Shown here: positions 9,801 through 20,000 of the stretch, in pieces | Layout: each line of letters opens with the position of its first letter | Position numbering within the stretch: position 1 is the stretch's first letter | From: Sedimentisphaerales bacterium | GTDB taxonomy: Bacteria > Planctomycetota > Phycisphaerae > Sedimentisphaerales > Anaerobacaceae | Assembly (NCBI GenBank): GCA_963708075.1 | Contig: OY970194.1 | Location: 3,872,001-3,936,000 of the forward strand | Direction: 5' to 3' | Length of the DNA stretch: 64,000 nucleotides | Made by a program: the position numbers and the translations under genes | The notes under the pieces: generated by a model | The model's database searches: none | Seen by the model: only the letters and a program-made list of their open reading frames with translations | Told to the model about the DNA's origin: nothing

Positions 9801-9829
9801 AACATACGGCCGATTGAGACCTTTGTCAA
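9801..9829 (-). promoter_or_regulatory. Sigma70-type promoter for the CPBP-gsp operon
   Basis: Minus strand TTGACA-17 bp-TATGTT, about 50 bp upstream of the ATG at 9751. Confidence 0.6.
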
Positions 9830-9976
9830 AGATTGTGGATGGAGTCTAGTGTCAACTGTTTCGACGACAGGAAATCCCTTACATCGTAACGATGAAGAAG
9901 GGCTGCAAGCGTACGCTCACAGCCCAACCGGTTCCTCGAATGCAAGCCCCGATCCGCACTATTGCGAGATGTGCTC

Positions 9977-11791
9977 CTACTGCCTGCTCCCTTCAGGGAG
10001 CAGTTCGTCAGATCCGAGTTGATAGTCGTCACCGGTGGATGCGTTCTCTCTGTCAACAGGCTCGAGTGTGTCCATTCGGTGGTAGGTTATCTGTGGCCGC
10101 GGCAGCAGGCCATCCACGAGCGTCACGGTTACGACCTCATAGACAGGAAGATATGTCCCGTCAGGCATCGGCAGCATGCCGGCCTTGATGCTCTTGATAT
10201 CGCCCGCCGTCGAGAGCATTATCTTCGCCTGCTGGACGTTTGGCAACGCCCCCTTCAGGGATTCCACCTTGCTGATCGTACGGCCATACTTGTAGCGACT
10301 GACCAAGGACGCGACCTTCCCGTTTTGACCGATCTCAACACGGATCGTATCGGTATCGTCAGTGAGAACCGGCAACTCACCAACGTTCCTCTTGAAAACG
10401 ACTGTATACCGTGCCACCTGCGGCTGGGAACTGTAGGACCCATCCTCAGTCCCCTGTTTTGCGGCCATCATGTAGCTCTCCTTGACGACACTATCCACCT
10501 CCACTTCATTGGGTCCGACAATCTTGTTGCCGATCAGGAAGGACATGGCTCGATCGATACATTCCTCCCCGGATAATCCGCTGGGTCCGGACAGCGCCAA
10601 GACGCTGGTATCTTGATAGAGCAAGCAGTCCGTACGGCGGTCAATCGACACCTGCCGCCCATCGGCAATCTTGTAGATAGTGCGTTCTTTCGGAGAGTCG
10701 TATAGCATGGCACTGTTCTTAACCCCTAGCACAGTCAGGTATTTCACAAGCGTGGCATCTTCCACGGCCGTTGAGTCGCTGCTATCATACGCCCATCCCG
10801 CACTCGGAAGAGGGGCCGTCTCACCTGCCCCCGCATCCGCTGCACCGGCGCCGTTTGCGCCACTCCATACGTACCATCCATCATAGTTCCGAACCCGATC
10901 CGCACCCCACCAGCGGCAATACAGCTCGTTAGCCCCGTTGGGACGGCCCGTCTGGAAATCAGGCTCGTTCATGATCGCTATGCACTCGTTCCTATCCTGC
11001 CCCAAGGTCAGCACTACGGGTTTATGGTTGCTGTACGCATCGAGCGCGGTATTGGCGAAGGACCAGGCAATCGAATAGCCCAAGTCGTGGTATTCCTTGA
11101 ACCGTCGGTATTTGCTTTGATCATAAATGCTGCCATACTCGTAATCGGTATGACCCATGACCATCCGCAGTCCATTCGTCATGACAGGTTTCCAGATGTT
11201 GTTGGGATCGGCATGATTCGGATTCGTCTTGCTGAAGAGATCGGGCCGGGAGAACGTCGGATGGCCGTTGTCGGACATGGCAGGACCAATGGCGACTGTA
11301 TTGCACCCGAGCGCCATGAAGTAGCGGCAGTATCCCGGGTAAGGATCACCCCAGAAGTAGCCTTCGCTTTCGCCGAGCCTGAGGATATCGCTGGTAATCG
11401 CATTACTGCCTCCCCATTCACCTTTTGCCCGCATGACACAGTAGAAGGTATTGGTCGAGGCATCCTTGAAAGTACCCGCATGGCCGCAGTGTACGGTCAA
11501 CGTCGAGTAGTCCGCTCGCTCCGAATCAAATCCGGGATACTGGTATGTCCAGTACTGGTCGACGAACATGTTCTCATAGAACTGCCATGGGGTGCTGGTC
11601 AGGCATTTGTACGGGGTCAGGCCCATTTCGTCGAATGCATCCATCAAACCAAATACCTTGTACTTCCCATAGTTGCCATAGTCAGTATCGTCGTAGCCGG
11701 CGAATATCGAGTAGTCCACGGCGGACGTGACGAGACAATGGACCAGGACGAGGACCAGTGCGGCCGGCAGGATGGAATGGAGTCTGTTCAT
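9977..11791 (-). CDS. Secreted DUF6345-like protein, possible clan CD cysteine-peptidase fold, with C-terminal YcdB/PepSY-like domain
   Basis: AAGGAG RBS, signal peptide MNRLHSILPAALVLVLVHCLVTSA, motifs TVHCGHAG, FMALGCNT and GLRMVMGH. Confidence 0.55.
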   Translation of the reverse strand: MNRLHSILPAALVLVLVHCLVTSAVDYSIFAGYDDTDYGNYGKYKVFGLMDAFDEMGLTPYKCLTSTPWQFYENMFVDQYWTYQYPGFDSERADYSTLTVHCGHAGTFKDASTNTFYCVMRAKGEWGGSNAITSDILRLGESEGYFWGDPYPGYCRYFMALGCNTVAIGPAMSDNGHPTFSRPDLFSKTNPNHADPNNIWKPVMTNGLRMVMGHTDYEYGSIYDQSKYRRFKEYHDLGYSIAWSFANTALDAYSNHKPVVLTLGQDRNECIAIMNEPDFQTGRPNGANELYCRWWGADRVRNYDGWYVWSGANGAGAADAGAGETAPLPSAGWAYDSSDSTAVEDATLVKYLTVLGVKNSAMLYDSPKERTIYKIADGRQVSIDRRTDCLLYQDTSVLALSGPSGLSGEECIDRAMSFLIGNKIVGPNEVEVDSVVKESYMMAAKQGTEDGSYSSQPQVARYTVVFKRNVGELPVLTDDTDTIRVEIGQNGKVASLVSRYKYGRTISKVESLKGALPNVQQAKIMLSTAGDIKSIKAGMLPMPDGTYLPVYEVVTVTLVDGLLPRPQITYHRMDTLEPVDRENASTGDDYQLGSDELLPEGSRQ

Positions 11792-11934
11792 GGTAGTCTC
11801 CTTGACAATTGTGGTGCTTGGTTCGTGATGCTTTACGGCAGCTTGTGGTTGAGATTCTCTCTTGTTCATGACTGTGTCCTCTCAGAAAGGGTGTATGGTA
11901 TGTGTCGCTCACCCGGAGCCCAACGGATCCGAGT

Positions 11935-14004
11935 CTACGGTCGCGAAATCGGGAAGCTGATGTCGTCCAGCCAGGCACAATCGTCTCCCTCCGAGAGCAT
12001 GTAGTCCTTGGAGTACTCCCATTGGAAGGTGTGCCGGCCGGCACTCACAGGGAAGGAAACACGCTGCCAGTCCTTCTCGCCGGACCATCTGTCCTGCAGA
12101 CGGCCGTCGATGCGGAACATCAGGCAGTCATAACTATCCTCTGATGACAGCTTGCTGTAGAAGGAGATATCACCCCCCTGACAATCCAGCGTGACAGACA
12201 GCGATGATGACTCATTATCGCTAATCGCCTTGCTTCTCATGCTGTGGGCGGGGGAAGTCCACGCAGTATCCGTCAGGACCCAGTCGGTGACCCAATCCAC
12301 GGGATGCACGGTCCGGCTATCATCGAAGGTTTCGATGCTGCCATCGCCCCTACCGGCAGCCCCGTTCTCGTCCTCGGGGCCGGCCTGCGTGAATTCCACG
12401 GCCCAGACATTTCCACAGAGCGGACTGGAATCGACGGACTGTCCCGTTGCGACAATTCGTTCTTCCGGCGTGAATGTGCATCCAGGCTTGCTCACGGAGA
12501 TTCGACAGCGGCTTTCGGAAGCCAAACCCGTGAACGCATAGACGCCCCTCTCATTGGTTGCAGCCATCCTCTGCGTAGTGCCCTCTGTCAGCAGCACAGT
12601 GGCATCGCGGACCGGGCGGTCCTGTGGGTCGGTGACTCGCCCACTGATGATCTCCCCGCCGCCGCGCGGGAAGATGTTGTAGATGCAGGCCCCGACCAAG
12701 CTGTAGGGATTCACGTGCGGCAGGTTGTACCAGGCATCGTCGACACCACTCCAACCCATGTTCAGATGATAGTAGGCAGAGGAGTAGTTGTACCCGTACC
12801 CATCGGCCACAATGGCGTGCCCGCGAACAGGGGACAAGAGACAGAGAATGACGGGGCTGCCTGCGTCAAGGTTCGGGTTCATCATGGACGCCAACTCGGA
12901 CGACAGGTTGTCGATTCGCTGACCATCGCAGTTGATTCCCAGAAGGGCGCTTTCGTAGTGAAACGTGTCTCGAAGGGCGGGGGAAATGCTGTCCATGCTG
13001 GTTCCTGAGCGATCGGCGCCATAGGTCATGTGGACGGCGGCACCGGCGTCCGCACATAGTGCCCCAACGGCCTGGCGTTGCTCCTCTGTCGCATCCTCTG
13101 TGGGGACAGCAAGCATCTGGTCCCAGTTGTACGGTCCACCCTTGAAATCGCCGCCGAGCAGAGGAACAGCGACCTCGTAGATCCGACCACTGTCTACAGC
13201 AGCTATTGTGACCGCATACTGGGATTGCTGGGGAGCGTGGTCCGGATAGTGATGGTAGTAGAGAACTTGCGCGATCGCCGTGGCCACACAGCCACACGGG
13301 TAATTGTCCAATGCGCCCGCGGTGAAGAGGATTTTGCTGTTCCGCAGTTGAGGGGTGAAGTAGTTGTAACAGGAATACCCGTGCTCGGTCGTCTGGTTCC
13401 AGCGGCTGCTGAGCAGCGGCGGCACACGCACATCGCCAAGAAAGGACTCCGGACTCTCCGCGGCAGCAGAATACAAGTGCACGTCCGCCTGATCCATCAG
13501 CAGACGCCACTTGGATGCAGCCTCACTGGTGGCAGGTGCCACGACCCCGGCCGCAGAGAGCCCGCTGCCTCTGGATGGACGGCTCTCCAGACTGCCCCTG
13601 CTGCTCATGCGAGCCTGCATGTCCTGCGTCACCAAGACGAACAACGGGTTGTTCTCCGAAAACTCGCACGTCCCATCGTCCGCAAAGGCGATAATAGGCT
13701 CGATCTCATCGTCAGCAGATGTGATCACAAATCCGGTCGGTTTCAGGCGAACGACGTGGTAGAGCGCTACATCAGCCCCCTCGAAATAGGAGTCCACTTT
13801 CAGGACGTCCCTGTTCATTCTGATGTCGAAAACCTGCCTGCTGGTGCGCAGCCATCCCTGAGCGACACGCCGAGCATCTCCATCGGTCGTGGGACGCGCA
13901 CAGATGCTTCCACAGCAGGTGTAGACCACCATCACAAGGCTAGCGGCGAGAATCTTCTTCAAGCAATGAATGCGTGTGTGAAGCGGTCTGCTGACGGAAT
14001 GCAT
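11935..14004 (-). CDS. C10 family (streptopain-like) cysteine peptidase with Spi-like prodomain and C-terminal beta-sandwich domains
   Basis: GFVITSADD..PIIAF prodomain, WNQ, GCVATAIAQV, GHAIVADGY, YYHLNMGWSG. GGAGG RBS and signal peptide. Confidence 0.9.
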   Translation of the reverse strand: MHSVSRPLHTRIHCLKKILAASLVMVVYTCCGSICARPTTDGDARRVAQGWLRTSRQVFDIRMNRDVLKVDSYFEGADVALYHVVRLKPTGFVITSADDEIEPIIAFADDGTCEFSENNPLFVLVTQDMQARMSSRGSLESRPSRGSGLSAAGVVAPATSEAASKWRLLMDQADVHLYSAAAESPESFLGDVRVPPLLSSRWNQTTEHGYSCYNYFTPQLRNSKILFTAGALDNYPCGCVATAIAQVLYYHHYPDHAPQQSQYAVTIAAVDSGRIYEVAVPLLGGDFKGGPYNWDQMLAVPTEDATEEQRQAVGALCADAGAAVHMTYGADRSGTSMDSISPALRDTFHYESALLGINCDGQRIDNLSSELASMMNPNLDAGSPVILCLLSPVRGHAIVADGYGYNYSSAYYHLNMGWSGVDDAWYNLPHVNPYSLVGACIYNIFPRGGGEIISGRVTDPQDRPVRDATVLLTEGTTQRMAATNERGVYAFTGLASESRCRISVSKPGCTFTPEERIVATGQSVDSSPLCGNVWAVEFTQAGPEDENGAAGRGDGSIETFDDSRTVHPVDWVTDWVLTDTAWTSPAHSMRSKAISDNESSSLSVTLDCQGGDISFYSKLSSEDSYDCLMFRIDGRLQDRWSGEKDWQRVSFPVSAGRHTFQWEYSKDYMLSEGDDCAWLDDISFPISRP

Positions 14005-14171
14005 GATTTCACCTCCATTCACTTGTTCCATGTGCCGGCCGAATCGAGTCGCCTCAATCCATGGCCGCTCTGTTTCTGCGCCTATTGGTTCGCTCTCTGC
14101 GCAGCGATCCTGCGCGGCAGGAGTGTTTTTCTTGGAATTCCCTGGCGATTGAGCAAGAAGTGAGCGGACGG

Positions 14172-14213
14172 GTCGGGACGGGCGTGAAACCTGCGCGTAC
14201 TGAGCCGCCCTAC
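14172..14213. repeat. Degenerate GTAG-family REP-like element (intergenic)
   Basis: GTCGGGACGGGCGTGAAACCTGCGCGTAC matches the REP at 61810-61838 at 22 of 29 positions and is followed by GCCGCCCTAC. Confidence 0.55.
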
Positions 14214-14252
14214 GCTATCAGCCATCGACAATGGAATAGCAGGACGGCAGGG

Positions 14253-14786
14253 CTACAGGGGATTGCAGGCTTTCTCGAAGAGGGATAGCAGCTCCGGCGG
14301 AACCCCGTTTCGCTTCCTCAGGGTTTCAAAGGCACTCTGGAGCTTACTGTTGCTGTGCTGGGAGATCCGGGCATCATGAAACACCATTGCACTGGCGATG
14401 GCCGCGAAGTAGACCGCCAGAGCCACCTCCCGCTCGATCTCGCTCGTTGCCGCGGCTCCCAATTCCTTGGCGTGGTCTTTGATCCTCGTGAGGACATGGA
14501 CATCCGTATCGGGACTGGTGATCAGAAAGCCGATGGAATCGCCCGAGAACGGCCGAAGCTTCCGGCAGAGCCGGCCCAGCGCCTCCGGCAACAGCGATGC
14601 AAGCGTTTGCGTCTCCGCCGAGTCGGGCGGCAACGGCCGGGCCATCCAGTCACGCAGCAGCTCCGCGAAGCATTCCTCGGAGCCACCTGCCCCATCAGCG
14701 GGATCGACATGAACGTCCGATCCAATGTCCCACAATCGCGCCAGTCTCTCGGGACCGAGATCAGAGGTTTTTGGTACCTGGTCCAT
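14253..14786 (-). CDS. Hypothetical soluble protein co-oriented with and directly downstream of the ECF sigma factor
   Basis: 177 aa, GGAG RBS, mostly helical-looking, motif YFAAIASAMVFHDARISQHS. No family recognised. Confidence 0.75.
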   Translation of the reverse strand: MDQVPKTSDLGPERLARLWDIGSDVHVDPADGAGGSEECFAELLRDWMARPLPPDSAETQTLASLLPEALGRLCRKLRPFSGDSIGFLITSPDTDVHVLTRIKDHAKELGAAATSEIEREVALAVYFAAIASAMVFHDARISQHSNSKLQSAFETLRKRNGVPPELLSLFEKACNPL

Positions 14787-14832
14787 CAAACTGAATCTCC
14801 GTCGTACATGATCCTATTCGCCGGGCGCACCC

Positions 14833-15603
14833 TCATCCTGCGCGAGCCTGGGAGAGAATTTGGAAGATATCATTCAGTTCGTCCTCCGCCTCAGCGTCAG
14901 ACCCAACCAGGTCCCGCAGACGACGTTTCAGAACCGCTCGAAACCGGCGTTTGACCGTCACGATGATGTTCGCGGCCTTTGACTCGTCGTCGATACCGAG
15001 CTCGGTGCACAAATGCGCCAGCGGAGGACTGTCCGCATCCTCAAGGATCGGCGCCAGCACTTTCAAGCGGAATACCTCCCAATAGGCGGCACGACCCGTG
15101 CTGCAGTACTCCTCCCGGACTTCCGACAGGACCTGATCGAGCAGGTCAGCCGCCCAGCGAAAGTGAAACGCCTGCTCGGCCGTGGCTGCCGCCTGAGGGG
15201 TCTGCAGGTTTGCCAGATCCTCGAAATCGAGGGCGACGATGCCGCCCTGAGGGGTAGCCTTGCGCCTTGTATCATGGCGGATGACATTGACCACATATCG
15301 GTCGAGGGCCGTAAGCAGAAAGGTCCGAAACCGGCCCTTCTCACGATCCGCCTTGTGCACCAACCCGCGTCCGAACACGATCTCGCAGAAGAAGCCCTGT
15401 GTAAGGTCCTTGGCGGCTTCATTGTCATACCCTCGCCTCTTCAGGTAGCAGTAGACCGGTCTCCAATAGGTGGCCATGAGGTTGCCAACGATGGTCTGCC
15501 GCCGCGTCAGATCGTCGGTCTTGGCCGCCTGAATGATCGACCAGTGCGTCGTCTGAAAGCTGCTCTTGCCGCCTCCTGTATTTGTCCTGTCCGGATACTT
15601 CAT
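14833..15603 (-). CDS. ECF-type RNA polymerase sigma factor (Ser/Thr-kinase-associated type)
   Basis: FQTTHWS, YWRPVYCYL, AKDLTQGFF, KGRFRTFL (region 2) and a C-terminal HTH. No anti-sigma gene is adjacent. Confidence 0.88.
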   Translation of the reverse strand: MKYPDRTNTGGGKSSFQTTHWSIIQAAKTDDLTRRQTIVGNLMATYWRPVYCYLKRRGYDNEAAKDLTQGFFCEIVFGRGLVHKADREKGRFRTFLLTALDRYVVNVIRHDTRRKATPQGGIVALDFEDLANLQTPQAAATAEQAFHFRWAADLLDQVLSEVREEYCSTGRAAYWEVFRLKVLAPILEDADSPPLAHLCTELGIDDESKAANIIVTVKRRFRAVLKRRLRDLVGSDAEAEDELNDIFQILSQARAG

Positions 15604-15957
15604 GAAATGAGCCCTGCCTTCACCTGCCAGTTCCCATTGTACGGTACCAGACGATCTGCTGCAACGGCGAAACGGTCTTCCATGCTGTCGTCGGGCTCGA
15701 CACATGATGTGGACGCATGGCAGTCCACCGGAGTCCCTGTCTCATCATAGAAATCCACCCGCCGCGCAAGAACTGGACTTGTTTGACGAATAGAAGGTCG
15801 TAAACCGGCATGAGCACCGTCCTCGATTTCGAATTTCCGCGCAGTGGACGGCGCAGGATCAGCCCGGCAACGGCGAATCCGGCACGGCTGTGTGTCCGGC
15901 GTCATGATGGCAGCGGATCTGTCCGGCCAAACAGCGATGGTGAATATCGCCAGGTAG

Positions 15958-16024
15958 GATAATGTCGTGATGAGTCAGCAAGAATACATAGAGCCTCAAT
16001 GGTTGCAAACGGGGCGACATTATC
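15958..16024. promoter_or_regulatory. Perfect 10-bp inverted repeat (GATAATGTCG-47 bp-CGACATTATC) in the divergent promoter region
   Basis: Arms at 15958-15967 and 16015-16024. The right arm lies in the spacer of the + strand promoter. Confidence 0.4.
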
Positions 16025-16031
16025 GTATAAT
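16003..16031 (+). promoter_or_regulatory. Sigma70-type promoter for the 16110-24920 operon
   Basis: TTGCAA-17 bp-TATAAT, followed by an AAAGGAG RBS before the ATG at 16110. Confidence 0.65.
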
Positions 16032-16109
16032 CAAGTGATTCCCGTGTTCGCACAACGCAAACGGAGGTTTGTTCACTGTAGTCTTTGACCCGGTGAAAGG
16101 AGATGGGCC

Positions 16110-17072
16110 ATGAGGCGATGGCGTCTATCTGCAGTTCTGCTGAGTCTATTCAGCGTCTCTTGCCTTATCATCCAGTCGGTATCTGCCGGCCCGGAAGCAG
16201 TCAGCACGGGGTCCAGCACGTCAGAGCCGAATGGTGCTGCGAGCAAGAGCGGCGCGGTCATACCAGCGGCGACAACTACTTCCGGCGACGAAGGTGGCTC
16301 AGCCAGCATCGGGACTCTGATAGAGGAGATCCACTGCGAGGGCTTCTGCCTGGACCTCGACAGAAGTCGCGTCGCCGATGAGAGAGATGCCTGGCTGGTG
16401 TATGTCGTTACAGGCAATCCTGTGGTCGTGCAGCCTCTGGGACAGGAGGCCTATCTTGCCGCAGCCCGACTCAAGCTCCAAGCGGCAGCCCAACTCCCTT
16501 ACCAACTGGTTCAGCTCTATGATGATCCTCCACAAGCCACAGAGAGCCCGCTCCGCGACTGTTTGCGGGAGATCGAAGTTGATCCCACCGGGAATGTCTA
16601 CGTGCTGAACGTCCATCGACTCAATGAGAACTGCATTCTCTGGAAATATGCATCCAACGGGACTGTGCTCGACCGAATCGGCCTGATGGACCCGAACCGC
16701 CCTGTACAGGTGGAGGACCCGATTGGACTGCACATCTCGCGGGATGGGAAACTGCTGTACGTGGCTTCCGCCCAGCGTCATCCGGAGCACCCCGACAGCA
16801 CGGTCTTCTACGGCTTCTTCACGGAGGATTTCTCGCTGGTCAGAACTATTGCCATTGCCGATATGCAGCAGGTGACTTCCCTGGCAGAAGCGGACAATGG
16901 CATTCTCTGGGTGACCGGCTTCAACATCCCCGACAAGCCGACGGCCGAGTCGTATGCCTGGCCGTGTCTGGCGAAGGTCTATCTCGCCGATGAGAACGTG
17001 CAGGCCACATACCTTTCCGGCCCCAATCTGACTGTGCCCATGTCAATGGTCTGGACGGGGGAAGTGAAATGA
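16110..17072 (+). CDS. Secreted protein; short, internally deleted paralog of the C-terminal module of the neighbouring giant protein
   Basis: Signal peptide, Ser/Thr/Gly linker, then sequence matching 21117-21248 and 21852-22505. Confidence 0.8.
   Translation: MRRWRLSAVLLSLFSVSCLIIQSVSAGPEAVSTGSSTSEPNGAASKSGAVIPAATTTSGDEGGSASIGTLIEEIHCEGFCLDLDRSRVADERDAWLVYVVTGNPVVVQPLGQEAYLAAARLKLQAAAQLPYQLVQLYDDPPQATESPLRDCLREIEVDPTGNVYVLNVHRLNENCILWKYASNGTVLDRIGLMDPNRPVQVEDPIGLHISRDGKLLYVASAQRHPEHPDSTVFYGFFTEDFSLVRTIAIADMQQVTSLAEADNGILWVTGFNIPDKPTAESYAWPCLAKVYLADENVQATYLSGPNLTVPMSMVWTGEVK
16296..17072 (+). repeat. Direct repeat copy 1 (matches 21117-21248 joined to 21852-22505)
   Basis: The 654-bp blocks 16419-17072 and 21852-22505 are colinear, with 19 amino-acid differences in 217 codons by manual count. 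Confidence 0.95.
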
Positions 17073-17097
17073 CCAATAGCAGGTGAGGAGAGGAATC

Positions 17098-20000
17098 ATG
17101 AGGCGGTTTTGTCTTTCCCTTATCTTGGTAAGCACGGCCATTGCGTCCATGGCTACGGCTCCTGCCGCGGCCGCGACCACCAACGTCGCATCGGGCGCTA
17201 CCGTAAGCCTGGAAGGAGGACCGTTCTTCATCACCGACCAGGGATCAGGATCCAATGAGGTGGTGAATGCCGGCACAGTCGTTGACGGCGTGTTTCTTCC
17301 GAGGAACCGTGTTCGAGACAGAGGCACCGTCTGGTGGGACTCGATTTCCACGTCCGGCCAGTACATCCGGATTAACCTTCAAACCGCTGCCGTGATCGAG
17401 AGCCTGATCGTGCAGGCGGACGACAATGATGCATACCGGGTTTACTATCTGGACCCTGGGAGCCTCACCTGGAAGCTTGCCTGGGAGGCGCCGAACTACG
17501 ATACCTATGGCTGGGGCATGCAGACCCGGCCGAATCCAGCCAATGAAGCACAGGCATATAAGCTCGGTCAGGAGATCACCACGAGTGCCTTGAAGATCGA
17601 AGGCGTTCTCACGGATGGCGACGGGCAGTTCGCGGTGTCCGAGGTACAGGCGTACGGAAGGTGGGTGATTCCCCCTGCTTCCGTCAAGCACACACTGACC
17701 ATCAAGGCGACTCAGGGCGGCTCTGTCACCGTCCCGGGCGAGGGACAATTCCAGTACGCCGAGGGTACAGAAGTTCCCATCGAGGCGAAGGCACACGGAC
17801 TATTCGGCGAGTTTGCAGGCTGGACCGGTTCCCCCGTCGACCTTGGCAAGGTGAAAAACTCTAGGGCCGCCAAAACCTCGGTCGTGGTCGACGCCGACTA
17901 TTCGTTGCAGGCCAATTTCCAGGGTGTACTGGAGTCGTGGAGCATCGTGTACACGAACAGCTTCCAGAGTGCCATAGGACGTGAGTGGTCAAGGACAAAC
18001 ACTGATGTCACGCCCGCGGGCCAGCGGAGGTTTCTCGGGCAGTTCGGCAACGAGACGGTGACCCTCGCTCTGCAGAACCTGCCAAAAAACCATGCCCAGG
18101 TGAGAGTATCGTTCGACTTGCTGGTTATCCGCTCGTGGGACGGGGTGGATTCCAGCTACGGTCCGGACCTGTGGGCGTTGTCCGTCCGCTCCGGGCCAGG
18201 GCTGATCCGCACCACGTTCGACAACAACTACTTCACGTCCCAGGACACTCACAGACAATCGTACCCGCGTGAGTACCCGGATGGCAGTTCGATGCCTCAG
18301 ACAGAGGCCGTGGAGAGGAACTCGCTCGGCTACTATTGGGGGTACGACAGGTGCGACGCCGTCTATCACCTCACGTTCACGTTTGACCATTCAGACCCGA
18401 CCCTCGGTCTGGATTTCTGGGCCGCCGGGCTCGAGGACCGATCGAATGAGAGCTGGGGGATCGACAACGTGAAAGTGGAGTTGGGACGGGACATCGTCGG
18501 CTCTCCCATACCCCCTGAGTCTCCGCCGTCTCCTGAGCATATTGAGGCTTCTCATCCTTACCCGTCCGATGGGGCCAGGAACGTCGTTTCGCCCGTGCTC
18601 GCGTGGCGTTCGGAGCCGGCCGCGACACTCCACGACGTGTATTTCGACGCGACGCAAGATCCCAAAATCTGCTACGGGCGGAAGATGAAGACCACGTTCA
18701 AAGTTCCCTTCCCCTACAGCCCCGGGACAAAGTACTACTGGCGCATCGATGAGGTGAAGACCCAGGGCAGTGGCGAATTCGTATCAAGTGGCAAGGTCTG
18801 GAGTTTCACCACCGCGGGCCTGCAGGCACACAGTCCGTACCCGCTGGACCAGCGCGAGTGGAGACCGTCGCAAGTGCATCTATCCTGGGGATCGGGTCTG
18901 AACGCTGCCTTTCATGATGTCTACATCGGCACACAGCAGAGGACCCTGAATTGCGTCGACCGCGTAACCCAGGCCGATTACGTGTACCCTCAATCTCTCG
19001 CTCCGGGCACCACCTACTACTGGCGGATCGATGAAGTGGAAGCCGATGGCAAGACCGTACACAGCGGCCCGGTCTGGAGCTTCAAGACGCCCAGCGCCAT
19101 CATTGTGGACGACGATGCACCCGGCGATCCGCGACCGCGCGATCCGGCGGTCAGCGATCCGGCCGAAAACGGCACGGCCCAGCACCCCTACGACTCTATC
19201 CAGGAGGCGATCGACAAGAGTCCTTCCACGGGCGTGATCCTGGTGCGCGACGGCCTGTACACGGATCGCGACAGGAGCTGGACGGGAATGCGCTTCCGAG
19301 GCAAAAGGATCACGCTCAGGAGCGAGCATGGTCCTTCACAATGCATCATCGACTGCCAGAACAATGGACGTGGGTTCATCTTCGACCAGGGCGAAGGAAA
19401 TGAAAGCGTTCTGGAAGGATTCACCATCACCAACGGCTATTCGGGGGAGAGCGGAGGGGCGATTCAATGCAGCCCCGGCACGAGCCCACGGATCGTCAAC
19501 TGCCGGTTTGTGGAGAACACGGCCAATGAGTTTGGAGCGGCGGTCTTTCTGACCAGCGCCAGTCCCACGATCTCCGGCTGCGTGCTTTCCGGGAACAAAG
19601 CCACGCGTGCGCAAGGCTGTGGCGGAATCTACTGTACCGGCAGCAGCGAACCGACCCTGATCGACACGGAAATCAGCGGAAACACCGGGACAGGATTCTT
19701 CTCGGGCGGCAAGCGCATCTATTTCGAGGGGGATGTGAAGTTCTCCGGCAACGACATCGTCGGAGCGGGGATGATTCTTCTGAGCAACGGCACGTGCCTG
19801 GAACTGGCGGGCTGTCGCGTCAGTCACAATATCCAGGGCCCGGGTCGAATCCGTATTCCCCCCGGCTCGACCGCTACCATCGACGGGAGCAACATCGTGA
19901 TGGACCTGTCCGGAGAGGGAATGATCGAGTGCACCGGCCGGCTCCTGATCACCAAGGCTACGCTGAAAGGGGCGTACGTGCGAGTGCGCGCCGCCGGCGT

